DNA of 61,957 nucleotides, filler included. It is 7 parts of 7 records of this genome, joined end to end, with 100 filler letters (N's around TTAATTAATTAA, not from the genome) between each part and the next. Parts side by side here need not be neighbours in the genome. Positions count along the whole stretch, not along the records: positions 5,709 to 17,345 come from DRR723986_18908; positions 17,446 to 24,354 come from DRR723986_18929; 5 more parts are not named here. The stretch is one strand, 5' to 3'. Positions 8,895 through 18,102 of the stretch are shown piece after piece; position 1 is the first letter of the stretch, and each line of letters starts with the position of its first letter. Below the pieces are notes generated by a model, which made no database searches, was not told the DNA's origin, and worked only from the letters and a program-made list of their open reading frames with translations. Made by a program: the position numbers and the translations under genes.

Positions 8895-11390
8895 ATGAAC
8901 AATCTAAGCTTTAAGATAGCAAGGCAAGTTATTGCAAAGCGGGCGTACGTCGCTTTTGCCTTCCTTCTTATCACAATATTCTTTGCATTCGGCGTGCCCA
9001 AGGTGGACATCCGCACAATCTTTGCGGATTTGCTGCCAGCAGATGATCCGTTTGTTCAAACATTCAAAGAGCATCCAAACTTCGGTAACCCTCTGACTAT
9101 CACTGTTATGGTCAAGCGGACAGATGGGGAGCTCATCTATAACGAAAAGACGCTGCAGAAAGTTTGGGATCTCACTCGTGATATCGATTTGATAGAGGGT
9201 GTCGATCACGACCGAATCATTTCAATTACTACTGAAAAGGCAAATTACGCCGAAGCAACATCGATGGGTGTAGAAATGCAGCCCCTGATGGGCGACAGAA
9301 TTCCCCAGGGTGCTGCAGAATTGAAGGATCTTCAGCGTCGTGTGGAAAGGTCGCCAATGGCGCGCACGTATCTCGTGTCGTCCGACGAGAAAGCTACCCT
9401 GATACGGGCGGGCTTCCATGAACACCTCCTCGACTACGGCCACGTATTCAGTGAAGTCCAGCGATTGGCAAAAGAGGCGAGTGACGGTAGTCACACTATC
9501 AGGGTCGTAGGGCAGCCAGTATTGACGGGCTGGATCTATCTGCTTCAAGAGCAGACCTATGCAATTTTCGCTGTCACCGTCGGCCTCCTTCTCCTCGCGC
9601 TGGCATTCTATATGCGAAATCTCGCGGGTATTGCCACGCCGATATTGTGCAGTGCCGTTGCTGCGACATGGGGTTTTGGGCTTGTAGGCTGGCTTGAGTC
9701 GCCTATCGAGCCGCTGCTAATGGTAGTTCCGCTGCTGTTGATTGCCCGCTCGTTCTCCCACTGTGTTCAGTACACGGAGCGATACTACGAGATCTTCAGC
9801 GAGCTGAAAGATAAAAAACTTGCCTCCGAGGCGACACTAGCCGTGATGATGGCGCCCAGTGTATTTGGAATTGTTACCGATACGCTCGCGATCCTGTGTA
9901 TCGGTGTTGCACCAATTCCAGCAATGCAGAGATTTGCGCTGTTCTGCGGGTTTTGGGCATTTTTCCTGATTCCAACAGGTGTGATGCTGATTGCTGTTTT
10001 GTTGTCCTATTTGCCAACACCCAAGAACATCGATTCCATAATCGGTGCAGGAGAGAAAGAGAAAGGCATACATGGTGTGCAGAAGAGAGTTCTGACAAGT
10101 GTGGGCCGGTTAATCACCGGCAATGAAAAGAGAACGAAGTTAACAGCTACCGTCGTTTGTCTGGTGTCTGTCGTGGTGATTATTGTGTCTAGGCAGGTGG
10201 CAATAGGAAACCCGACGGAAGGCAGCAATCTCCTGTGGGATGAGTCAGAGTTCAATGTTGGTACTCGGGATGTTAATGACCATTTCCCTGGTGTGAACTC
10301 GCTGGAGATAATCCTGGAATCAAAAGACCCTGGGAATGTTCAGGCGCGTGCGGCCCGAAGCAAAGAAGCCTATGAGGTCTCCAAAGCTATCGTTCGAAGC
10401 GTCATGAGCGGCGACAATCCGGCGAAAGCAACGCGTTCATTCTCTGACTTCATGGAAGAGGGATCTCGTCTTTATTCTGGAGGACACCCTGCATGGCTTT
10501 CTCTTGATCCCACGGATCGCGCTGTGAACGCCGCGGGCGTGGCTGTGGCCTTTGGTCAAAACCCCCTGAACTTTGCAGATGTCACTGACTTTCAGTTCCA
10601 GCACAGTGCCGTGTCGCTGTTCTATCGAGATAACAAGCAGGAAACTATCGACAAAGCATTGGCCGCGGCAAAACAAGCGGTCTCAGAGCTGGGTGATGAT
10701 CATGAAACTATCAATGTACGAATGGCATCAGGAACTATTGCGCTGCAAGAAGCCCAGAACCAGGTTGTCAAGCGTTATGAATGGATAATGCTGGGGCTGG
10801 CATGTGTCGCCATATTCTTTATCGCTTCATTCGCCTACAAGTCATTTGTTGCGTCATTGGTGCTACTTGTTCCTGTTGTGCTTGCAAACTTCTATCTGAC
10901 TGCGGCTATGCACATGCTGGGCATAGGCCTTGACATAAATTCTGTCATGGTTGCGGTTCTCGGTGTCGGTGTGGGTATTGATTACGGCATTTATCTCATG
11001 TCACGAATCTGTGAAGAGTACAGTGCGCAAGGCGAAAGCTGGGAAAAGGCGATAGTTGAGTCCCTTACAACAACCGGCAAGGCAATCATGTTCACAGCGT
11101 CAATCATGCTGGTCGGTATCTTGCCTTGGTATTTCTTGTCAGATCTCAAGTTCATGGCTGACATGGGTTTGCTACTGTCCTCGGTAATGCTGATCAATAT
11201 GGTTCTTGCGCTGCTTGTCCTGCCGTTAATTGTATATGTCCTCAAGCCAAAATTCGTTACACGCAACGATCTTATGGTAGGCGAAAGCCTTGATATGTCT
11301 TGGTTTGATCAGGGCGAGGCAGAGACAAAGGCAAAGGAAAGTAATCTCGATCTAAAAAAAAATGAAATGAACGCTGATCGAGTAATTTGA
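8895..11390 (+). CDS. MMPL/RND-superfamily inner-membrane transporter
   Basis: Two repeats of 1 TM + periplasmic domain + 5 TM. Motifs GVGVGIDYGIYLMSR, TTGKAIMFTA and FMADMGLLL. Confidence 0.9.
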   Translation: MNNLSFKIARQVIAKRAYVAFAFLLITIFFAFGVPKVDIRTIFADLLPADDPFVQTFKEHPNFGNPLTITVMVKRTDGELIYNEKTLQKVWDLTRDIDLIEGVDHDRIISITTEKANYAEATSMGVEMQPLMGDRIPQGAAELKDLQRRVERSPMARTYLVSSDEKATLIRAGFHEHLLDYGHVFSEVQRLAKEASDGSHTIRVVGQPVLTGWIYLLQEQTYAIFAVTVGLLLLALAFYMRNLAGIATPILCSAVAATWGFGLVGWLESPIEPLLMVVPLLLIARSFSHCVQYTERYYEIFSELKDKKLASEATLAVMMAPSVFGIVTDTLAILCIGVAPIPAMQRFALFCGFWAFFLIPTGVMLIAVLLSYLPTPKNIDSIIGAGEKEKGIHGVQKRVLTSVGRLITGNEKRTKLTATVVCLVSVVVIIVSRQVAIGNPTEGSNLLWDESEFNVGTRDVNDHFPGVNSLEIILESKDPGNVQARAARSKEAYEVSKAIVRSVMSGDNPAKATRSFSDFMEEGSRLYSGGHPAWLSLDPTDRAVNAAGVAVAFGQNPLNFADVTDFQFQHSAVSLFYRDNKQETIDKALAAAKQAVSELGDDHETINVRMASGTIALQEAQNQVVKRYEWIMLGLACVAIFFIASFAYKSFVASLVLLVPVVLANFYLTAAMHMLGIGLDINSVMVAVLGVGVGIDYGIYLMSRICEEYSAQGESWEKAIVESLTTTGKAIMFTASIMLVGILPWYFLSDLKFMADMGLLLSSVMLINMVLALLVLPLIVYVLKPKFVTRNDLMVGESLDMSWFDQGEAETKAKESNLDLKKNEMNADRVI

Positions 11391-11463
11391 ATAATATGGT
11401 TTAACCCGTTTTGTCGACGACGGTTAAGGTTCGGCCTTTTTAAGAATAAATTCGGAGGTTGTT

Positions 11464-12855
11464 ATGCACATTCGCAAATACGATATGAATTTTAGCCGGC
11501 GGCAGCTGCTCAAAGGGATGGCCTATGGAGCGGCGGCGGGAGTCCTGATGCCTCTCGAAAAGGTATTCGCAAAGGATTTGAGCTTGCTGAAAGCATATCC
11601 TGACGAGCTTTATTCAATCGACGATCAGACAAAAGGTAAGATTAGCGTTGGTGACTATATCACCAAAGATAACGTCGAATACGCAAAGCACTTATTGGAT
11701 CCTTCAATCTACGATCAGATTCTAAATGAAGGTCGTCGGATTAAAGTTCGTGCTCCTACCACTGAGCTGCGTCAGCTATTTAATAACTCCTACTACGAAG
11801 CCATGCAGAGAAATATTGCAGAAGGCCGTAGCGGTAAATTTGATAGTAAAGGAAATGTTGTAGATTCGAATGGGAAAGCCTGGAGTGGTGGCCTACCCTT
11901 CACAAGTCCAAAAAATGGCCAGGAAATCTGGGCAAATATGGCTATGAGTTGGGGGCGGGCTGACGCCAACACCTATGCGATCAAGCAGTGGGACTATGGC
12001 GCGGACGGAAATCTGGAGTACGAGTATGATTTTCAGTGGGTCGAGTTACAGATGCAGGCTCGTACAGACCGCAAGGTATTTCGCGGATATGAAGATGAAA
12101 TCCGGCGCCAGTGTGTTTACTTCAGCAACTCACAAGATGTTCGAGGTACGTCCTTCCTGAGTAACTGGTCCTATGACCAGACGAAGATACCTGATTTGTA
12201 CGGGTACCTGCCCGAGTTCCGCCGTGTGCGTCAGTTCCCGGCAAACCAGCGCTTCGAGCCGTTGATTCCTGGCGCGACTTGGTTCCTGACTGATCCTTGG
12301 GCTGCAGGTGACCCATACCTGACGTGGGGCAACCACAAAATCATTGATCGCAAGCCGATGCTTCTCGCCTGTAATGGCAACTTCGCTGATACCGATGATA
12401 ACTGGAAGCCTAAAGAGCAAGCCAATAATCCCAAATTCTGGGAGACAGAATATGAAATGTCTCCAGATGTCATTGTTACCGAATGTGAGCCCGTCGGATA
12501 CCCGCGATCACCGGTAAGCAAGAAGCGAGTATACGCCGATGCTCGTAACAGCGTGCCGAATGGATGTATGCGTTACGACCGTCAGGGGAAACTGTGGGCT
12601 AACTTCGAAATGGCATTCGGTCAGTTTGTTGGTGGTGGCGCTGACGGTAATCGAGTCGTCTTGAGTGCTGACGGAAAGACGCCGGCATGGTCTTGGGTAT
12701 ACTGTCTTATCTACGATCACCAGAACAAGCGTATGTCCAGAACCCACCACGCTAAGAAGGGTGTTGGTACAGAGTCCCTCTTCCAGATTGATGAGGACTG
12801 GTTGTTCGAAACTTACTGTACTCAGCAAGCACTTCAGTCTCTGGGGCGTGCATAA
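11464..12855 (+). CDS. DUF1329-family periplasmic (LolA-like) protein with Tat signal
   Basis: SRRQLLK twin-Arg leader ending VFA-K. GLPFTSPKNGQEIWAN, YLPEFRRVRQ, SKKRVYAD and YDRQGKLW are typical of DUF1329. Confidence 0.75.
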   Translation: MHIRKYDMNFSRRQLLKGMAYGAAAGVLMPLEKVFAKDLSLLKAYPDELYSIDDQTKGKISVGDYITKDNVEYAKHLLDPSIYDQILNEGRRIKVRAPTTELRQLFNNSYYEAMQRNIAEGRSGKFDSKGNVVDSNGKAWSGGLPFTSPKNGQEIWANMAMSWGRADANTYAIKQWDYGADGNLEYEYDFQWVELQMQARTDRKVFRGYEDEIRRQCVYFSNSQDVRGTSFLSNWSYDQTKIPDLYGYLPEFRRVRQFPANQRFEPLIPGATWFLTDPWAAGDPYLTWGNHKIIDRKPMLLACNGNFADTDDNWKPKEQANNPKFWETEYEMSPDVIVTECEPVGYPRSPVSKKRVYADARNSVPNGCMRYDRQGKLWANFEMAFGQFVGGGADGNRVVLSADGKTPAWSWVYCLIYDHQNKRMSRTHHAKKGVGTESLFQIDEDWLFETYCTQQALQSLGRA

Positions 12856-12915
12856 AAACAATGAACCCTGTGCGGACTATCCGCACAGGGGTTTGGATTT
12901 TTTCGGGAGATTAGG

Positions 12916-13929
12916 ATGAGAATGTCGTTCTCTTCTAAACGCAATTATCTTCTTAAATTTAAGATAGCTATTTGCGGCATATTTTTCTCTATCTGTGCTC
13001 ATGCAGGAGAACTTTTGGTTGCACATACACCAACCGATCGCCTGTATGACATCGATATCAGTGGGTCTCATGGATATGCTGTTGGCGAAGCTGGATTGTT
13101 GATGGAAACGTCTGACAGCGGTAAAAGCTGGTCGGAAATTGAAGCTCCTACAACACTCGCATTAACAAGCGTTGCTGTCACCGAAAATGGGGCAGTTGCA
13201 GTAGGTCAGCTCGGCGAGGTGATCGTTAATGTTGATTGGTCCGGGTGGAAAAAGGTTGGTTCCAGTTCACGCATGCGTTTATTAGGCGTGGACATGAATA
13301 GTGAAGGACTCGCGGTTGCCGTGGGGGCCTTCGGGACTTTACTTCGTTCTGTCGATCACGGTGTGACCTGGAAAAGCATTCAGCCTGATTGGGCTCCTCT
13401 GTATGACTCGGGTGCCGGTGATACCGCCGTTATTCGTGATGAACCGACGAACTACGTTGTTCAAGTACTCGAGGATGGTCGAATCCTGATTGGCGGAGAG
13501 TATGGCCAAATTTTGACCTCAGTAGACCGCGGAGAGTCCTGGAATGTGATCTATCGACATCCGGAAGAGGGTGACGTTATTGCTCCAACGTTCTTCGATT
13601 CCAAATTCTACGGTAATACCGGATATGTAACCGGACAATCGGGAACAGTGCTGATATCTCAAGATAAAGGCATGACATGGAAGGCGCTACAAACTCCGAC
13701 TCAATCTAGCCTGTTCGCAATCGGCGGCGACGAGGCGGGGAATATCTTTGCGATTGGGCAACGCGTCGCTGTTGTAAGCAAAAATTATGGAAAGAGTTGG
13801 AAAACATTCGACGCGCTGGATATCAGCCTGAATTGGTACTCGGGTATTTCGATCACAGAAGTATCAGATTCGGAGCGTGTTACGGCAGTGGGGCATGGTG
13901 GTCGCATTATTTCAGTAAATCCATTTTGA
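12916..13929 (+). CDS. YCF48-like BNR/Asp-box beta-propeller protein
   Basis: Signal peptide ending AHA. Repeated AVG-x2-G...S-x-D-x-G-x-(S/T)-W boxes (TSDSGKSW, SVDHGVTW, SVDRGESW, SQDKGMTW, SKNYGKSW). Confidence 0.85.
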   Translation: MRMSFSSKRNYLLKFKIAICGIFFSICAHAGELLVAHTPTDRLYDIDISGSHGYAVGEAGLLMETSDSGKSWSEIEAPTTLALTSVAVTENGAVAVGQLGEVIVNVDWSGWKKVGSSSRMRLLGVDMNSEGLAVAVGAFGTLLRSVDHGVTWKSIQPDWAPLYDSGAGDTAVIRDEPTNYVVQVLEDGRILIGGEYGQILTSVDRGESWNVIYRHPEEGDVIAPTFFDSKFYGNTGYVTGQSGTVLISQDKGMTWKALQTPTQSSLFAIGGDEAGNIFAIGQRVAVVSKNYGKSWKTFDALDISLNWYSGISITEVSDSERVTAVGHGGRIISVNPF

Positions 13930-13968
13930 ATCTAAAAATAGATCGCCGGTATTTAAGGGGATATAAAA

Positions 13969-16017
13969 ATGAGAAAGATAGGTACTGCAATCGCACCGGT
14001 TATGCTCTCGGCAGCTGGCGCACTTGGAACTTCCGTGGTCCATGCTGAAGGTCTTATTGAAAGCATCATCGAAAAGACGACTTTTCTTGGGCAGTTTAGG
14101 GTTGACGCTGCCTTTAAGACAAACGACGAGCAGAATCCATATAACCAGAATGCGTTCCCATATCAAAATGAAGCGGTTTCACGGCAGGCATATCTGCCGC
14201 CCGACCTAGGTGGCGGTCGATGGGGTAATACAGAAATTCCTTCGTTACCATTTGTTCTGGATACGAATGACACCGTGGTTAGAAACGACAGGGCTACGGG
14301 CGAAGACTACGATTGGAACCAGGTCAATCTCCGCTTTAGTGGTGAAATGGACATGAGGTTTAATCGTCAGTGGCGGTTGAACGTGAAATTGAGGGCCTTG
14401 TTCGATCCTGTCGTACATGACGGTTTTGACGCCTACGATGTGATGGGTGATCAAGGTGGTATATCCAAAGGGCGTTATGATCGCTATGCGGATACCGGTG
14501 AGACCAATTTCTATCAGGCTAAAGGACGGAATGGGGAGAATATAAATCCGCTTGAGTTTGCTGGCCGAAATTATATGGTCGACTTCCCCACGTTTATTAT
14601 CAATTACAAATCAGGTAAATACGATCTTCGCTTCGGTAATCAGCAGATTGCCTGGGGGCAGGCAATCTTCTTCCGTACGCTTGATGTGGCCAATGGTTTA
14701 GATTTGCGCCGACATCTTATTCTCGATCGAGCCATTGAAGAATTTGAGGATGAGCGTGTGCCGAAGTTGGCATTGCGTGCAACGGTTCAAGCGACCAACA
14801 ATATCCTTTTCGATGGCTTTGTGGGTAAATTTCAGCCGGACATTCTCCCCAGTCCGAATACGCCTTACAACGTTATTCCGTCTCAGTTTTATCGGCCCCT
14901 AGACAACTATCATACCGGTGGCTACGACAATAAACTTGATGCCGGATTCCGTTTAAAAGGTGATTATGGGAACTGGGGTTGGCAAGCAATGTATGTCAGC
15001 CGATACAACCCGTTGGGTGTGTTTCGCTGGGCAGAAAGTGGCGTTAACAAAGGGCTGACCCCGTGGGGGGGAACTGTGGGTACGGCCGTTGAGACTGGCT
15101 ATTTGCTAAAGCCTAAATGCAGCGGCAGTCAAAACCCCTATGATAATTTCTGTAGGCTCTATGATAGCGTTGGCGAGGCACTTTCACACGCGCCATTTAC
15201 TGTCGGTCCTGGCGGCGTCTACAGTGACAAAGAGTGGTTCGCCACAGCTCACAGCGTACGTTTGGACGGTGTCGATGTTATCAATGCTGCTATCAGGGAC
15301 TTCCCGGCATTGAGAGATGTCTTTGCCTCTCCGGTAGCGAATGTCGAAGAAGCAAGCGCATTGCTGAATACATTCTTTATTGGTGCTGGCGGGAGTATTC
15401 GTGGCAATGTCCAACGCGACTACTTCCGAGAAGATGTCTTCGGGTTTGGGCTTAGCTATGTGACGGAGACGGAGGATAACAAGTCATTCTGGAACCAGAT
15501 TATTCTGAATATGGAGGTCCAGTATACCCCCGAGCGTGTATTTACCTCTCCAGATCTGGGTAAGGATGGTCTGACGTCAGACGAATACATACTGACGCTG
15601 GTGGCTGAGAAGTGGCACAGATGGAGCGAGAGCTTCCCTGCTGCCTACTTGGTGGGGCAGTTCATGCACCGCAGTGAGAGTGACTTGGTAGGGCTTCATT
15701 TGGATGGCTACGGCGGTAACGTCGGCAATACCGATCCGAAGCAGCCTGGAGGCATTTCTAGCGCAAACTATTTGGTTTTCGCCGGGTTCCAGCCCTGGCC
15801 TAATAAAAAGTATATCGCGGAATGGGCGATTCTCTATGATGTTCAAGGCGGGCTGCTATTCCAGCCGTTGCTGAAGTGGAATCCTGGGCGAGGTATGAGC
15901 GTCGATCTTTACTACAACTATGTTACTGGAGACTTGCACGGAGATGGCAGCAAGACCCTCACTAGGGCGTTAGATCATGTGCAGGAAGTAGGTATGCGAT
16001 TCACTTATCAGCTGTAA
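13969..16017 (+). CDS. DUF1302-like outer-membrane beta-barrel protein
   Basis: Signal peptide ending VHA, motif LRFGNQQIAWGQAIFFRTLDVANGLDLRRH, amphipathic strands, and a C-terminal beta-signal-like VGMRFTYQL. Context with DUF1329, YCF48 and MMPL. Confidence 0.7.
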   Translation: MRKIGTAIAPVMLSAAGALGTSVVHAEGLIESIIEKTTFLGQFRVDAAFKTNDEQNPYNQNAFPYQNEAVSRQAYLPPDLGGGRWGNTEIPSLPFVLDTNDTVVRNDRATGEDYDWNQVNLRFSGEMDMRFNRQWRLNVKLRALFDPVVHDGFDAYDVMGDQGGISKGRYDRYADTGETNFYQAKGRNGENINPLEFAGRNYMVDFPTFIINYKSGKYDLRFGNQQIAWGQAIFFRTLDVANGLDLRRHLILDRAIEEFEDERVPKLALRATVQATNNILFDGFVGKFQPDILPSPNTPYNVIPSQFYRPLDNYHTGGYDNKLDAGFRLKGDYGNWGWQAMYVSRYNPLGVFRWAESGVNKGLTPWGGTVGTAVETGYLLKPKCSGSQNPYDNFCRLYDSVGEALSHAPFTVGPGGVYSDKEWFATAHSVRLDGVDVINAAIRDFPALRDVFASPVANVEEASALLNTFFIGAGGSIRGNVQRDYFREDVFGFGLSYVTETEDNKSFWNQIILNMEVQYTPERVFTSPDLGKDGLTSDEYILTLVAEKWHRWSESFPAAYLVGQFMHRSESDLVGLHLDGYGGNVGNTDPKQPGGISSANYLVFAGFQPWPNKKYIAEWAILYDVQGGLLFQPLLKWNPGRGMSVDLYYNYVTGDLHGDGSKTLTRALDHVQEVGMRFTYQL

Positions 16018-16059
16018 CCTCCTCAACTGAAAGGGACGGGTGATGTCTGTCACCCTTTT

Positions 16060-16089
16060 GCCGGCTGTGTTCCCAGCCGGCTTTTTTTT
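16060..16089 (+). terminator. Rho-independent terminator
   Basis: GCCGGCTG-6 nt-CAGCCGGC followed by T8, preceded by a second hairpin GGGTGA/TCACCC. Confidence 0.75.
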
Positions 16090-16101
16090 GAGGGTATATA
16101 A

Positions 16102-17345
16102 ATGACTGGTTGGAATATTCATTCGAGCAGAAGAAGTATTTTGAAGTATGCGCTGGCGGGAAGCTGTGCGGGATTCTTAAAGCCTTTGTCTGCTGCTGTG
16201 GAGGCGGCCGGTAGTATTGAGGGTGTATACCCAGATGAGCTTCTCTCTATAGAGGAATACACTCGTGGGAAGATATCTACCGGTGCGTATATCGATGCCT
16301 CGAATGTCGAGGCGGTTAAAGACTTGTTGGAGCCTGCAAAATTCCACCATGTGAAAAATATGGGTAGGCGATTAAAGTTGCTTCCAACAACGACTGACTG
16401 GATGAGGCTTGGCCCCTGGGAATATCTTGAGGCTACATTATCGAATCGAGGAAAAGCGAGATTTGATGACTCTGGGAATGTCGTAAATGATGATGGGCGA
16501 CCGTGGATCGGTGGTCATCCTTTTCCCGGAACGACCAATGCTTTGGAGTTGTTCGCCGGGCTCACATTGTCGTGGGGAAGGCATGATTCGAGCCTCTACG
16601 CTATGCGTGAGTATGACATAAGCCGCGGTGGCATTGTCGACTACGAATATGATTTGGTATGGGCAGAACTTTCCCCTGTAGGACGACTGGTTTCAGACCC
16701 TAAGCCATATTGGCCTGAGCATGAGGATAAGCTGCGATTCAACACCGTTGTATACCTATCGCCAAACACTGAACGTGGTGCGAGCTATTTGAATATATGG
16801 CCGTATGATCAGAATAAATTTCCGACGCTGTATGGCTATGTGCCGAGCTTCAGACGAATTAGGCAATTCCCGACGAATCAACGTTTTGAGCCGCTGGTGC
16901 CGGGTTCCGCGCTCTATCTTTCAGACGCTTGGGCAGCAGGAGATCCGCTCCTTACTTGGGGTAATTACAAGGTGATTGGTAGGCAGCCGTTACTGGGTGG
17001 TGTCTCCGGGGGGTGGAATTCGTCTCATAGTAACTGGGAGCATGGTGTTCATGGTGGCGAGAAGGGAGAAAGCTTCTTCGATAGTGTTGTTGAATTGATC
17101 CCGGAGACAATTGTTTGTGAAGCGGAGCCTGTCGCATTTTCGAGAGCGCCTGTGAGTAAAAAGCGAGTATGGTTTGACGCGAGGAATGGTATGCCTGTTG
17201 CTATGGTTACGTATGACCGGAAGGGAAATCCGTTCCGTTCTTTTGATGGATGTTACAGCATCTATGATGATGGTAACCGGAGTGTCATGGACGGCAAGCA
17301 CGCGTATTGGTCTTGGACATACCTCCATGCCTATGAATTCCAGTC
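16102..17345 (+). CDS. Second DUF1329-family protein with Tat signal, 3'-truncated
   Basis: SRRSILK leader. Shares YPDEL-x-SI, SWGR-x-D, LYGY-x-P-x-FRR-x-RQFP-x-NQRFEPL, WAAGDP-x-LTWGN and PVSKKRV-x2-DARN with 11464..12855. Confidence 0.75.
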
Positions 17346-17445
17346 NNNNNNNNNNNNNNNNNNNNNNNNNNNNNNNNNNNNNNNNNNNNTTAATTAATTA
17401 ANNNNNNNNNNNNNNNNNNNNNNNNNNNNNNNNNNNNNNNNNNNN
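17346..17445. other. Artificial contig spacer
   Basis: N-run + TTAATTAATTAA + N-run. Confidence 0.98.
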
Positions 17446-18102
17446 CCAGCCGCGGCACTTGTCCTGGTCGATCAGGACGATACCGTCTTCCTCGCGCTTG
17501 TAGATTGCTCCGGAAGGGCAAGCCGCAACACAGGTCGGATTGAGGCAGTGCTCGCACAGGCGCGGCAAGTACATCATGAAGGTTTCTTCAAAAGCGCCGT
17601 AGATCGCCTTTTCTACCCCTTCGAAATTGTAGTCCTGGCTTCGCTTTTCGAACTCGCCTCCAAGTATTTCCTCCCAGTTCGGTCCCCATTTGATCTTCTC
17701 CATGCGTTCGCCGGAAATTTTCGAATGCGGCCGCGCGGTTGGAAAGGCCTTCATTTCCGGTGCGGTCTGGAGATGGGCATAGTCGAAGTCGAACGGTTCG
17801 TAATAATCGTCAATCTCCGGCAAGTCCGGATTGGCGAAGATCTTGGCAAGGATCCGCCACTTTGCGCCCATCCTGGGTTCGATCCGGCCATTCTTCTTGC
17901 GCCGCCACCCCCCGTTCCACCGCTTCTGGTTCTCCCAGTCTTTGGGAAAGCCGATGCCGGGCTTGGTTTCGACATTGTTGAACCAGGCATATTCAACGCC
18001 TTCCCGGCTGGTCCAGACATTCTTACAGGTCACCGAGCAGGTGTGACACCCGATGCATTTGTCCAGATTGAGGACCATGCCGATCTGTGCACGGATTTTC
18101 AT
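17446..18102 (-). CDS. narH: Respiratory nitrate reductase beta subunit, 3'-truncated
   Basis: MKIRAQIGMVLNLDKCIGCHTCSVTCKNVW and PRLCEHCLNPTCVAACPSG. ATGA overlap with the narG stop. Confidence 0.97.
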
